From: Gnetum montanum
Taxonomy: Eukaryota > Plantae > Gnetophyta
Direction of reading: 5' to 3'
NCBI GenBank assembly: GCA_015680685.1
Contig: MNCI01000775.1
Span: forward strand, 78,251-142,250
Length of the DNA: 64,000 bases
Numbering within the stretch: the stretch's first letter is position 1; every line of letters begins with the position of its first letter. Below the pieces are notes generated by a model, which was not told the origin of the DNA, made no database searches, and saw nothing but the letters and a program-made list of their open reading frames with translations. The position numbers were made by a program, and so were the translations under genes. Below are positions 1 through 11,920 of this stretch, piece after piece.

Positions 1-560
1 GCAACATAGTGTAGCGTAGCACACATGTCAAGCTGTGCAACGTAGCACAACATAGCACACTTGTCAAGTTGCATAGTATAGCATACATGTTAAGCTGTGT
101 ACTGTAGCACAACGTAGCACACTTATCAAGCTATGTAGCATAGCACAGCATAGCACACATGTAAAGCTTTGTACCATAGCATAGTGTATCACACATGTCA
201 AGCTATGTAGCGTACGGTAGCATAGCATGCATGTTAAGCTGTGTAGTGTAACACAACGTATTACACATGTCAAGTTGTGTAGTGTAGCATAGTGTAGCAC
301 ACATGTTAAGTTGTGCAGTGTAGCAAAGCATAGCACACATGTCAAGCTATGTATCATAGCATAGTGTAGAATACCTATCAAGCTACATAGTGTAGCACAA
401 CATAACCCACCTATCAGGTTGTGTAGTGTAGCACACCTACCAAGCTATGTATCATAGCACACTTGTCAAGTTGTGCAGTGAAGCACATGTCAAGCTATGT
501 AGCATAGCATACCATGGCATACATGTCAAGTTGTGTAGCATAACACAACATAGCATACCT
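1..560. repeat. 36-bp tandem repeat inside the LTR (TGTCAAGCTATGCAGTGTAGCATAGTGTAGCACACA-like); second array at 7625-8150
   Basis: About 15 recurring TGTCAAGCT-anchored units built from TAGCA/TAGTG/TAGCG pentamers; explains the 12-aa periodic HSLTCVLHYATL ORFs. Confidence 0.93.
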
Positions 561-1466
561 ATCTAGATGTTCAAAAAACATCTTGTTTCCTATGTGTAAC
601 ATGGAATGAGCATAGCAAATAGCATCCCGTGTTTTGTGCATAAAATGGAACAAGCATAGTAGACAGTGTGGTCCCACCCACCACACTACCATGTAGCACC
701 TGATCTACATTTTGGGATAACCATAGTGCTATAAGTACCCCTACATCTAGTGTTTCAAGGGGGGTTGGCTTCCATTTTTTACTAGCAAGGTAGTTGGCAC
801 TTCCATTTCGCATTTTGATACTTTGGCATCTTAGCACTTAGCACCATCGGTGAACGAGACCCAGAGCACACTACACTAGTAGAGAAGCATAGCTACATCA
901 CACGTTACACTACAACCCCATTGTTGCCCTCTAGAACATCGCACGGTACACCGTGGTAACCAACCTAGCAGGCACAGTTCAACATAGTGAGCACTAAACT
1001 TCATAGCCTAACACCATCAAGTCTTTGACTGTGCTTCCACTACACCTGTTGTACACTATGTAACTTTTGATACCCTTTGTGAATTAGCTATGCTCCCTCT
1101 TTTAGGCTACTGCACTACTGTTCTCAAATTATGTTACATTTCTCAAGAATTTTTCTTTGGCATTTAGCGTAACACTTGTATTTTCTCACTTTTTCATATA
1201 TATTTGCATGTTCATGTCACTGTTCAGAGGGTAGGACACCTTGCTATTCTCTAACTTACCCAAACCTAATGCCTACGTGAAATGTAGTACAAACCCTTCT
1301 CACACATGATTGTTTTAACACCACGTAAGTCCTTGTCTGATTGACAAGAATTTTTAGGGCATTCCATTTATATTTTCTCTAGAACGACCATCTCGTGGAT
1401 TTAGGGTTAGGCTGTATGCCTGGTGACCTCTCGGTGTTGCAGCCATAGACATTTTCAGACATCATA
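1..1466 (+). repeat. 5' LTR of element A (partial)
   Basis: 560-1466 aligns colinearly with 8150-9036 (roughly 80-85% by eye, mostly transitions); ends ...GACATCATA (vs ...GATGTCACA) directly before the PBS; TATA-like GCTATAAGTACCCC near 729. Confidence 0.92.
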
Positions 1467-1471
1467 TTTTT

Positions 1472-1489
1472 TGGTGCTAGAAGGAGGGC
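1472..1489 (+). promoter_or_regulatory. Primer binding site, tRNA-Asn(GUU)
   Basis: TGGTGCTAGAAGGAGGGC is complementary to the plant tRNA-Asn 3' end (...GCCCTCCTTCTAGCGCCA, recalled from memory) with one CpG->TpG change. Confidence 0.85.
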
Positions 1490-1569
1490 CTCGCCATTTC
1501 TGTCTACATTTTTTTTATTAGCACTTACTCAAAACTTTATATGTTTTAGAGAGCATAACAATTTTTCAG

Positions 1570-1790
1570 AGTGTAGCAAGCTCCAGCATAGTGAGTGTGA
1601 CAAGCCATAGCATAGTGAGCATGATAAGCTACAATGTAGCAAGCATGACAAGCTCTAGTATAGCAAGCGTAACAAGCTACAACATAGCGAGCGTGACAAG
1701 TTCTAGCATAGTGAGTGTAGCAAGCTCCAGCATAGTGAGTGTGACAAACTCTAGCATAGTGAGCGTAGCAAGCTCCAACATAGCAAGTGT
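1570..1790. repeat. 24-bp tandem repeat in the 5' UTR (~9 copies, GTGTGACAAGCTCTAGCATAGTGA-like)
   Basis: Units directly readable; produces the 8-aa periodic ORFs at 1546-2136. Confidence 0.92.
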
Positions 1791-1982
1791 AGTAGTAGAG
1801 TTGGTCATTTTCAGTAGTTTTCATACTTGGCACTTTTTCTACATTTCCATACTTAGCCATTTTTTCTGCATTTTTACACTTATCTATTTTCTTACATTTT
1901 TCTACTACCGGAAAACTAGTCATTTTTTTGTAGTTTCTAGAGTTAGCCATTTTTTGCAAATAGCAACTCTCACAACCCGATC

Positions 1983-4760
1983 TATGAATATGAATCTAGA
2001 TCAACCTTTCACATTGGTGTCTAACACATTTGACAGTAGGATCCAACCAAAGCATGCTAAGAACAATATAATTCTTTTTGTGATAAAAAACCAAGTAGGA
2101 CTACTAGTGGATTACATTAATTTTGAGGAAAAATAGGACTACGAATGAGTCCATTGAAAGGAATGCGAGTACAACCCCTCCTTGTTTGACATAATTCCAC
2201 TCACAAAGTCCTACCACCAATCATTTTCCCAACTCATCTATGCAAACAATCATGATGTAAGGACAACCTATGAGGAAGCCTCATAGAAGGAGGAAGATGA
2301 TTTTAAGGCTTGCTATGAACATGAGAGCCACCCCTACACCATCTTCCAAAAACTACTCCGTTATATAGCCCCTCCTTGCTTCAGTGCACCCATCCGTTCT
2401 AATATGGCGATGATGCCAATTCAGGCTTCCTTGCAAGAAACTGCTACATTTGCCCAACCCTATGGTCATGCAAGAGCCACCTCCTAGCCCCAAACAACTC
2501 AGGCATCCTATGTTTCTCTTGTCTCATTGGCATTTGCAGTGTCCATCCAACCCACTTATGTGTGACCTATTTTGATTGCCACACCCATTGCTCAACCAAC
2601 ACATCAACAATGCTACAACCTTAAACTAGCCACCCCCATCCACTACAATGTTAAACTAGCAACAATAATCTACTATGACATTAAATTGGCAAACTCCACA
2701 ATGAATAATTCAAACCTATACTATGCAACCAACACAAACCCAACCAATGTAGTCAACTGGCACATCCTCAAGCTTGGATTAAGCATTCTAGCCAATCCAA
2801 ACCTTGACAGAGGAGATCAATCGACTCAAGGTTGCCTCCTCCAACACCATCAAGGTGGTGGACTTCTACCAAGATGACTCCATAAGTCCTACGATACCAT
2901 CTCTAACTCTTCCAACTAGGGTCCAGCTACCATAATTCACAAAGTACAATGGTGAAGGGGATCTTGCTACACACTTGGTGACATTTCGATATGAATACCT
3001 ACTCCTTCAAGCTTGGCCACATGCCATCATGTGTGTGTTCCCCATCACTTATTAGCAAGGCCTTAGACTAGTATTGCATGCTACCCAAGGCCTCAATCTC
3101 CTCTTTAGAGGATCTCATAAGCCAGTTTGTAACATGCTTCAGGTACAACCTGAAGTTTAAAGCAACCATCAACCAACTCATGTAGGTTAAGTAGGGGCCT
3201 CTAGAGCCTGTGCCAAAATTCCTCCAATGTTGGAATGTTGCATTCAGTGAAATGCATGAATCCCTAGTAGAGACACATCTACTAGCCATCTTTAAAGATG
3301 TAGTGAATGACTTCATCAAGTCCAAACTATATTATCTAGCCCTGAATTCTCTTAGCAAAGCCTTTTTTTAAAAAAAAGGCATAGAGGAGGCAACACAAAC
3401 TAGCAATGAGCCAACCTACATGATGTACAAAAACTAACATGATCATAAGAAAAACACAATAGTGGCAATAGTGTCCACAAGCACAAAAGCAACTAACTAG
3501 GGCCCAAGAACTAAGTAGCACAAAGCCTTAGTTAACAAACCTGCTAGCCCTAGTGCCAACTCACCTACATCAACAAGAGCCACCCTAAGGTCCAGCTTTG
3601 AGCACAAGGATCACTCAAAGTATAGACCATTACTAATGGAATCCTCTACACTATTGGAGAAACTCCTAAAAACTAGGCAAATCTAGTATAAACACATATC
3701 AGAGATTGCTTGCCAAAAACATGATAGGTACTACAAACTACTAAGGAACCATACCTTAGCAATATGAAATGAGCCCCTAGTCCCACAATAGTACAAGATG
3801 GACCAATACTATCATTACCACTAGTTTTCTGGTCATAGTATAGAAAACTATCGTGCTTTGTAGAATGACTTGCAAAGAATGATATAATGGGGCCAACTCA
3901 TGCTCGACATAGTGAACCAATCCAATGCAGACGACACCTCCTATTTCATAAATTCCATTAGCATAGGTGGCAAGCCCAAACCTATGCAACAACCTTTTGT
4001 GATGCATGTGCCTTCTAACAAGGCAAGGGTCCACTTAGCCTCCATATGCAAGAGGCCTTCTTTTGTTATCGAAGTTCCACCTCAAGCACCCACAACACCC
4101 TTTGTGGTCAAAGTTTTGAACCAATCATCCGTTAGGACATTAAACTAGCATGACACATCAACAACAACCACTAAGAAGCCTTCTTTAATCAAGGTTCCAT
4201 AATGATTTGGCCTTGAAACAAGTCCTAAATCACCATTTATCATAAGGATGCCACAATGTGATGGCCCCTCACCTACCCAAAGCCTAACAGTCGACAACAT
4301 GTCAATCTCTCCTCCTTCAAGGGTTGACCCCATTAGTAACCTAGGTAGGCCTACCAAAGGGCAATGCAAGAAGATGAATGAGTGTCTCATGATACCTATG
4401 CCCAAAGTAAAGGCCTCAACTAGTAAGCAACAGCTAAATACTAGGGCCCCTACGCCTAAGCAGGCCAAGAAACTCAATCCCAAGTTGCCTTTGCGAGAGA
4501 TCTATCTTTCAAGCCACATGGAGGAAGTCAAGGCCAATACAATGGCTAATAACAAGGACTTCATAGTTGCACTAACCCAGGTGAAACAAACACTCAAGAA
4601 AAAGAATATAATATTGAGCTTGTGAGACTTGGTCATGACCTTATCTTCTCACTGCCAAGCATTGGCCTAGATCTTGGCCTCCATTCTGGTTACAAAGGAC
4701 ATCCCTGTAGATGAGGCATCCATCTATGCAATGATGTTGCCCCCTACACCACAAGAATTA
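1983..4760 (+). pseudogene. gag: Decayed gag (Tat-type) of element A
   Basis: FTKYNGEGDLATHLVTF near 2937, LDxYCMLPKASISSLEDLISQFVTCFRYNL near 3062, and a C..H...GH....C zinc-knuckle remnant near 3800-3870; many stops and frameshifts. Confidence 0.85.
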
Positions 4761-4799
4761 AGTTCAACATCTCTAGTGTTTCGTGATAGTGTAGCCAAA

Positions 4800-5323
4800 G
4801 TCAACCCTGAATGAGGGGGGGTTACTATAGCTCAACTATCTATTAGCATATGTGTTGGGCAGTGCACCATCCATAGAGTGCATGTTAATGATGGTGCAGC
4901 AACAAACATAATCTTATACTAAATCATCGACAAACTAGGGCAAGCAGATGAAATTAGGCCAACCAAAAATACATGTCTAAAATCCTTCAACAGATCATGC
5001 ATCACTATCAGAGGTATAATCAACTTAGCCTTTCTAGTAGGAGACCAATCCCCACCAGTGCAGATTTCACTATCATAGAGGAGATGCCAGGTTTCAATCT
5101 AATTCTAGGTAGGCCTTGGCTAGCCCAAATTCACACTATCTCCTCTTCCATCCACCAAGAAATACACCTTCCATACGAATGTGGTAGAGTTATCATCCAT
5201 GGTGATAATTCCTCCTCTTCGACAATCCATGACATAGACATGGTGCAAGTTTCAAAAGAGAAGTTTCTTGGTGGTACACCTATGGCAACTAATGCAGCAC
5301 CTAAGGCTAACACACTTGAATGA
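4800..5323 (+). pseudogene. Decayed retroviral-type aspartic protease of element A
   Basis: RVHVNDGAATNII (VDxGA-like) near 4875 and FNLILGRPWLAQIHTISSSIHQ (ORF 4973-5323). Confidence 0.85.
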
Positions 5324-5859
5324 GTGGTTGAAGCCAATAGCCTCCCAGAGGATTCTAATCCTTACAAATCCCCTAATCCATACCTAATTAGGAAGCAACT
5401 ACATGATCAAGACTTTTCCTTGGCCAAAAACACTTTAAGCACCAACTCATCCCTTGCCTCCATTGGCCATGCATTTTTGGTTTTTTCTTGGGTTGCATTT
5501 GTTCATGAATTTACATTTTACCTACTTACCTAGTTTACACACTGCTTCACTTTGTTTCTACATCCATCCACTTAACTTATTCATTGCATTTAAAAAACGT
5601 CAAAAATACATAAAAAATAAAAATAGAAAAGAAACAAAAATTTCTTGAAAAGACCTTAAACTAGCCCACGACCTAGAATGGTGTAAAATTATCACTTTTT
5701 TGCATTTCTTCCCTTTCATTTATTCATTTCAACTCTATTTACAATATTTTCCACTTGATGTTGTTTTTCTAGTTCATTTTTGTAGGATCTTATAGGCACA
5801 TAGCATGACTACACATGTAGCATCGTACTGTACACAAAGAAGGTAAGCACCAGTTTTCT

Positions 5860-6260
5860 ATGACTATAAACTAGCATACCTCATCCTTGGGTCATGAAGT
5901 TAAATTGGAACAATAGCTCATCCTTGGGTCATGACATTAAATTAGCACAACAACTTTTTATTTGATCATGATGTTAAACTGGCACAACAACTCATCCTTG
6001 GGTCATGACGTTAAACTGGCATAACAACTCATCCTTGGGTCATGTAGTTAAACTGGCACAATAGCTCATCCTTGGGTCATGATGTTAAACTAGCATAATA
6101 GCTCATCCTTGGGTCATGATGTTAAACTGGCACAACATCCACTATCCACTATGACATTAAACTAGTGTCCAGTAGTCTTCTAGGACTATAAACTAGCACA
6201 TCATAGTCTGCTAGGATCTTAAACTATGTTTACAGTCTACCAAGACTTTAAAATAGTATG
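5860..6260. repeat. 3'-UTR tandem array, 37-bp units (CATGATGTTAAACTGGCACAATAGCTCATCCTTGGGT) grading into ~30-bp units
   Basis: TCATCCTTGG recurs at 37-bp spacing (5881, 5918...); core TTAAACTRGCA. Confidence 0.92.
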
Positions 6261-7019
6261 TTGTTAATCTTTTGGAGCACTTGTCATTAATGTGGCCTTG
6301 GTGGCACTCATAGCATCATTGCCTCCCACCATTCTCCTAATCTTTTGAAGCACTTTCCATTAGTATGACCTTTAGAGGACTTGCAACATCATTTCCCTAG
6401 CACTTTCACTGGCTTCTTGAGCACTTGCAACTAGCACAACATTTGACACATTTACATCATCTTCGCATCCAGCACATGCAACATCTTCACATCGGGCATT
6501 TACACTTGCATTTCATGTCATGTGGTTTTCTTGTCTTCTTAGAGTTGTGTTTGCAGGATGAAGCCTCAGAGGTGGTTGTGTAGAGATGCATCTCATTGCA
6601 GCAGCAAGTTACCATGTTGCTATGATGTGCATGATTGGACTAGTTAAGCCACTCAAGAGTGCACATCCCCCTCATCCTTATTACAACCTATGCACATCCA
6701 CTCCATCATCCTATATCCTATCATCTTCACATACTCATGATTACACATCCCTTGGATGCATACACACTATGATGCATATGGCATTCTTTTCACATCAACT
6801 ATAGAACCCATGGTTGATGTAACATAACTTTTCCTATTGGGAGCCTTTGTTGCATGTCCAAAGCCTAAGGGAATGTAACATGAATCATCCCTAGGAGGAA
6901 ACATCTATCGTAAAAATGTAATGTGGATGCATCAAAACAAAGCCCATCTTCTCAATGGCCAACTTGTATCTAACATTTAGGAGTAAGCCAAACCTAAAGA
7001 AGGTTTACCTCAAAACATA

Positions 7020-7023
<4 letters not shown>

Positions 7024-7053
<30 letters not shown>
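7024..7053. repeat. (AG)n microsatellite, about 14-15 units
   Basis: Direct reading. Confidence 0.97.
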
Positions 7054-7057
<4 letters not shown>

Positions 7058-7442
7058 AAAAAGCATATCCCTAAGCAAATTGACAATGTTGCAACTTCAC
7101 AACTGGCCTATCCTTAGATTGACTTTGATGTTCTCATAATCACTCCGACGAGAGGTTAACATTTCAGGGGTGAATTACTTCATGGCATGGTCACTATCAA
7201 CCATGCTAAATTTTCATCTTACATCATGATTCACTGTTTGCATTTAATTTCCACATTTAAATCTTAACTCCCTAGCATTGCCTATACCCCTTATCCCTTA
7301 GCATAACCTTATTCCCATACCACTCTTAAGCATGTTAAAATGACATCGGATCTCGTAATGACAAGTGATGTTGGTGGCATGTTTGCTATGGTATTTTGTA
7401 ATTCTTTGTCGACATCTCTCAGGCCACTCCTCTAGACATCAA

Positions 7443-7456
7443 TAAAGAGGGGCCAT
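7443..7456 (+). promoter_or_regulatory. Polypurine tract of element A
   Basis: TAAAGAGGGGCCAT immediately before TGAAACACC; same layout at 48009-48021 and 19042-19056 (-). Confidence 0.85.
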
Positions 7457-9036
7457 TGAAACACCAAAAAAATTGGGTCTCAGCATCTCAGCTGCAAATT
7501 TGGCTCAGTGTCAAAATGGTAGGACTTTGTCCATATTTTTCCATGTGTTGAGTGTAGTTAGCTCCAAGTACTAGATTTGCAAATTTTTTTCTAAGTGTTA
7601 GAATGATGGCACTTTCTATAGATTTATGTGTCAAGCTGTGCAGCATAACATAGTGTAGCACACATGTCAAGCTATGCAGTGTAACATAGTGTAGTACACA
7701 TGTCAAACTATGTAGTGTAGTGCAGCATAACATATATGTTAAGCTATGTATCATAGTACAACATAGCACAATTGTCAAGCTACATAACATAGCATAGTGT
7801 ACCACACTTGTCAAGTTGTGTAGCATAGCACACCTATCAAGCTATGGAATGTAGTGCAGCGAAGCACACATATCAAGTTGTGTAGCATAGCATAACGTAG
7901 CACACCTATCAAGCCATGCAGCATAGTGCAGTGTAGCATACATATTAAGATATGCAGTGTAACACAGTGTAGCACACATGTCAAGCTATGCAGTGTAGTG
8001 TAGCGTAGCACACATGTCAAGCTATGCAGCGTAGCATAGTGTAGCACACTTGTCAAGCTGTGTAGTGTAGCACACCTATTAAGCTGTGTAGTGTAGTGTA
8101 GTGTAGCACACATGTCAAGCTATGTAGCATAGCACAACATAACATACCTATCTAGTTGTGTAGACAACATCTCATGTCCTGTGTATAACATGAAACAAGC
8201 ATGGCAGATAGCATCTCGTGTCCTATGCATAACACAAGATGAGCATAGTAGACAGTGTTGTCCCACCCACTACACTACCACTTGGCACCTGATCCACATT
8301 TTGGACTAACCCTAGCACTATAAGTACCCCTGCACCTTAGTGTTTTAGGGGGGTTGGTTTTCATTTTTCACCAATAAGGTAGTTAGCACTTCCATTTGGC
8401 ATTATGGAACTTTGACATCTTGGAACTTAGTGCTGTGGGTGAATGAGACCTAGAGCACACTACACCAGTAGAGAAGCATAGCTACATCGCATGCTAGCCT
8501 TCTAGAACATCACATGGTACACCATGGCTACCAACCCAGTAGGCATAGGTCAACATAGTGAGCACCAAACTTCATAGCCTGACACCATCGAGGCTATGAC
8601 TATGCTTCCACTGCACTTGTTGTACACTATGTACCTTTTGAGACCCTTTGTAAATTAGTTATGTTCCCTCTTTTAGGGTGTTGCACTTCTATTCTCAAAT
8701 TCTGTTGCATTTTTCAAGCATTTCTCTTTAGCATTTAGCGTAACATTTGTATTTTCTTACTTTTTCATACATATTTTCATGTTCATGCATTGTTCTAAGG
8801 TCATGACATCCTACTATGCTCTACCCTACTCAGACCTAATTCCCATGTGCAATGTAGTACAAACCATTCTCACAGATGGCCATTTTAACACCATGTAAGT
8901 CCCTGTTTAATCAACAAGATTATTTAGGGCACCCTATTTCCATTTTCTCTAGCACAACCCTCTCATGGATTTAGGGTTAGGCTATATGCCTAGTGACCTC
9001 TCGATGTTCTAGCCATCGACGTTTTTTGATGTCACA
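7457..9036 (+). repeat. 3' LTR of element A
   Basis: TGAAACACC...GATGTCACA termini; follows the PPT; homologous to 1-1466. Confidence 0.93.
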
Positions 9037-10760
9037 AGGATATGACAATCTTTTGAGTGTTTACCTTTGTGCTATTCTAAGATTTTGAGCATACATTCCA
9101 TATTCTTGTAAGTGTGACATAATAGAGCAACATCCCTTAGGATGTTCATATTGGAAAATTTCACATTCACCTTCATCTTTTGATTTTGACTTCACAACCT
9201 CTTGTAGTGCCACAGCCTTACCCTTACCCGTTTAGTAGGTATGCTTAGCTTCATTCATTTTCTTGCAATTAGGATCACTATGTTGTTCTTTGGTCTCTTC
9301 CATAACTTTTAGAGCAGTTTGAAATTTTTCATCCAAAGCTTTTCACATTTTGTTAATCTAAGCCAAAATTTTAGACAAAAATATTTGAATTAGCAAGGTT
9401 TTTTGCTGCACCACCTCATCATCTCGGGCCTCCTCCTAACTGTCATAGAATTAGGCCTTTCCTTTTCTGATAGAAGGATTTCAATTATACTCCTTAGTAG
9501 TTTCTCATTTTCTCAACTCATCTTGTTCTTTTACAACCTATTTAATTAGCCTTTTAATCTAATGGGCTCTTAGTTCTAATAATCTTCCTTAGATTTAGAC
9601 CCTAAAAATTCTCCTTGTTTTGGATTAGATCCTAATTATGATATCGCAAAGTTTCTCCTATTGAGAATAACCATGGCCAAAACATCTATGCAAAATGAAA
9701 TAATACCTATCCATGATTGCATCAAAGGGTTCATGTATTTCTTATCAGTAGCCTTGGATTTTCTTTCTCAAATTAGACACTATGGAGTATGTCTAATATT
9801 TTTCATTGAATAGCTCAAGCATCATATTCCATCTACAAATTGATTCTAACTCCAAGGAGTAGTACCAACTTTATTTTTTTTATGAGTGTCCAGGGGAATA
9901 GCTTAGGTTTTTTCTAGTTACGTTTTATGTTTTTCAAGGCACAAGCATCATGAAAGACCTACAAATGGATCTATGATTCTAAGTTATATCCTTCCACAAA
10001 TCTTGGGACATTGTTCATATCAACCACTTGACTTTGCTATCTTTCACATGCCTAGCTGAAATCCTGACTACCTCTATGATGTTCAATATACTTTTAGTTG
10101 CCAACAAGGATTCATCATCATCATGATTTCAATGATGCCTATGATGTTCCTTGCTACCCCTTCGATCATGATAAGTCCTAAGATCATTTTCCCAATATTC
10201 ACTTCCATCAAAATTTCATCCCCTACAGCTTTGATTAAATTTTTAGGAGGAAGAAAAATATGCAACTGAAGAGAATGAACATGAAGGAGGATTACCACCA
10301 CCATAGTGTTTGCCACCTCCTCTTTGCTTTTTACAATCATGATCATCATGTTTCTTATCATCATGCTAATTGCTCGAGACCCTACCTTGACTCCCACTTT
10401 TTCCTAAACCTAGATTATTGATAGTGGACAATAGATTGAAGTTCATTCCACCTTCACTAGAGTTAAGGACTGGAAAATTTTCATGTTGAGAACCGCTACA
10501 GGGAGGATCCTCATTGTCATTTTGGTTCAACATGAACAAGGGGTTGGTGAACCATTTCCCCTTCATAGCTTCATGGCACTTCTCCTAGTGCTAATCTTAT
10601 TACTGTTATGTTTTTGTGGGATGGTAGTCTCGATAGTCATGGTCCTACACAATGTATTCATCTTGGAGGTCCTTGATGCCCAACCTCTTAAGAGTTTGAA
10701 GTAGCATCCTAGGAGTAGATTAGTCAAGAGGCAGTACAATGTTACCCTTCATATCTCTCC
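9037..10760 (-). pseudogene. gag: Decayed Athila-like gag, truncated by insertion of element A
   Basis: Minus-strand LSYSPGHS..KSWYYSLELESICRWNMMLELFNEKY retrotransposon-gag core near 9790-9910; colinear with 41790-43380 (+) and 52600-54240 (-). Confidence 0.8.
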
Positions 10761-11030
10761 ACCAAAGCTACTTATCCTGATGTAAGATGAAGGTGAAATA
10801 AAGTACAAACTCATTTAGATGAGTGTATACCACTTTGAATTCTTGGGGTACTAATGGTTTTGAATCATTTTTAATCATTATGCTTATGAGAAAAAGATAT
10901 ATTAGAGAAAAATTTAGTGTTCTTAAATTATAATTATTAATTTTTTAAATGATTGTGAGCTTAGGATTTGTTTCAATGATCTTCAATAATAGTTACTAAA
11001 TCCTAGATAGTACGTGTATGAAACTACAAG

Positions 11031-11048
11031 TCCTTGGCAATGACATCA
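11031..11048 (-). promoter_or_regulatory. Decayed tRNA-Asp PBS (Athila type)
   Basis: Minus strand TGATGTCATTGCCAAGGA vs Athila consensus TGGCGCCGTTGCCGGGGA; differences are transitions; sits 1 nt after the LTR end CTCATCA. Confidence 0.75.
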
Positions 11049-11049
11049 A

Positions 11050-11920
11050 TGATGAGTGGCAAGTATACCCTATGCCCAACCATATGAATCACTAAGTGTT
11101 CATGTGTGATCTAGTTGAATTCTATGGAGTTATTACCTTCTAAGTACACTAGTCTCTAGGAAGTAAAACTAACCATTACAATCATTGTCTTCCCAATTAC
11201 ACTTTTGAAATGCAAAGGTATGTTTAAGTGTAATTGAGGTATATGATTTTTATCATTTTTATGTTTTGTATTTTTAGTTGCCTAAGGATAAAAAATAATG
11301 AATATGATAAAATAATTAAATTTCTAATTTAATCTAACTAGCTACACCTAACTAATCCTAACATAAGCATTTGTTCCCACTTTCCATATAGATTCTAAAC
11401 ACTTTTAATGCTAATGGATTATCAAATGCTAAGTGTTACAAAGATTACTAAGCTTCAAGCGTATGCTGAATTGGTCATACTTATGTGCTTAATTAATTAT
11501 TATTTAGTTTAGCTTAATTTATCCTAATTACTTAAAAAATTAAAAGAAATTACATAAAACATTAAATGTATAAATAAATAACTACTTTATTTCAAAGTAA
11601 TACAAGGTTTATCAAAAAGCTCATCTTTATTGCTACACAAACTATTGGGCTCAAGTATAATAGTGCTTGAATAAAGATTCATACACGCTTTGACTCCTAT
11701 TGCAAGTAGTTAGAAAAATATTCTAACTTTTAAATGATAAAACTACAACATCTCCACTACAATTATGATAAAAGATGTCATAAACATGGTAGGTGAGCAC
11801 ATATGTATAAGAAAAAATAGACACTACATCGATGAGGCCATGTCAACACATCAAATCCCATATTGACATAGTCACCTCAACGAGGCCACATTGACAAGGC
11901 CTTGTTGATGTAACCTAAGA
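11050..11920 (-). repeat. Athila-like LTR, 3' part
   Basis: Plus strand starts TGATGAG (LTR end CTCATCA on minus); homologous to 40655-41479 and 54530-55240; short CATCGATGAGGC-type repeats at 11825-11915. Confidence 0.8.

Larger units (their letters stand above)
1..9036 (+). mobile_element. Tat-lineage Ty3/gypsy LTR retrotransposon, non-autonomous gag-protease-only copy (element A); 5' end lies outside the window
   Basis: Paired direct LTRs (1-1466 and 7457-9036), tRNA-Asn PBS, decayed gag and aspartic protease, PPT; no RT/RH/INT motifs between 5330 and 7450. Confidence 0.9.

Noticed and set aside
64-381. Cys/His-rich repeat ORFs (also 7488-8113, 1546-2136)
   Set aside because: Translations of 36-bp and 24-bp tandem DNA repeats in the LTR and 5' UTR; not proteins
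5860-6260. CRISPR-like array (also 20415-20810)
   Set aside because: Units are contiguous tandem repeats without unique spacers, there are no cas genes, and the context is a plant retroelement
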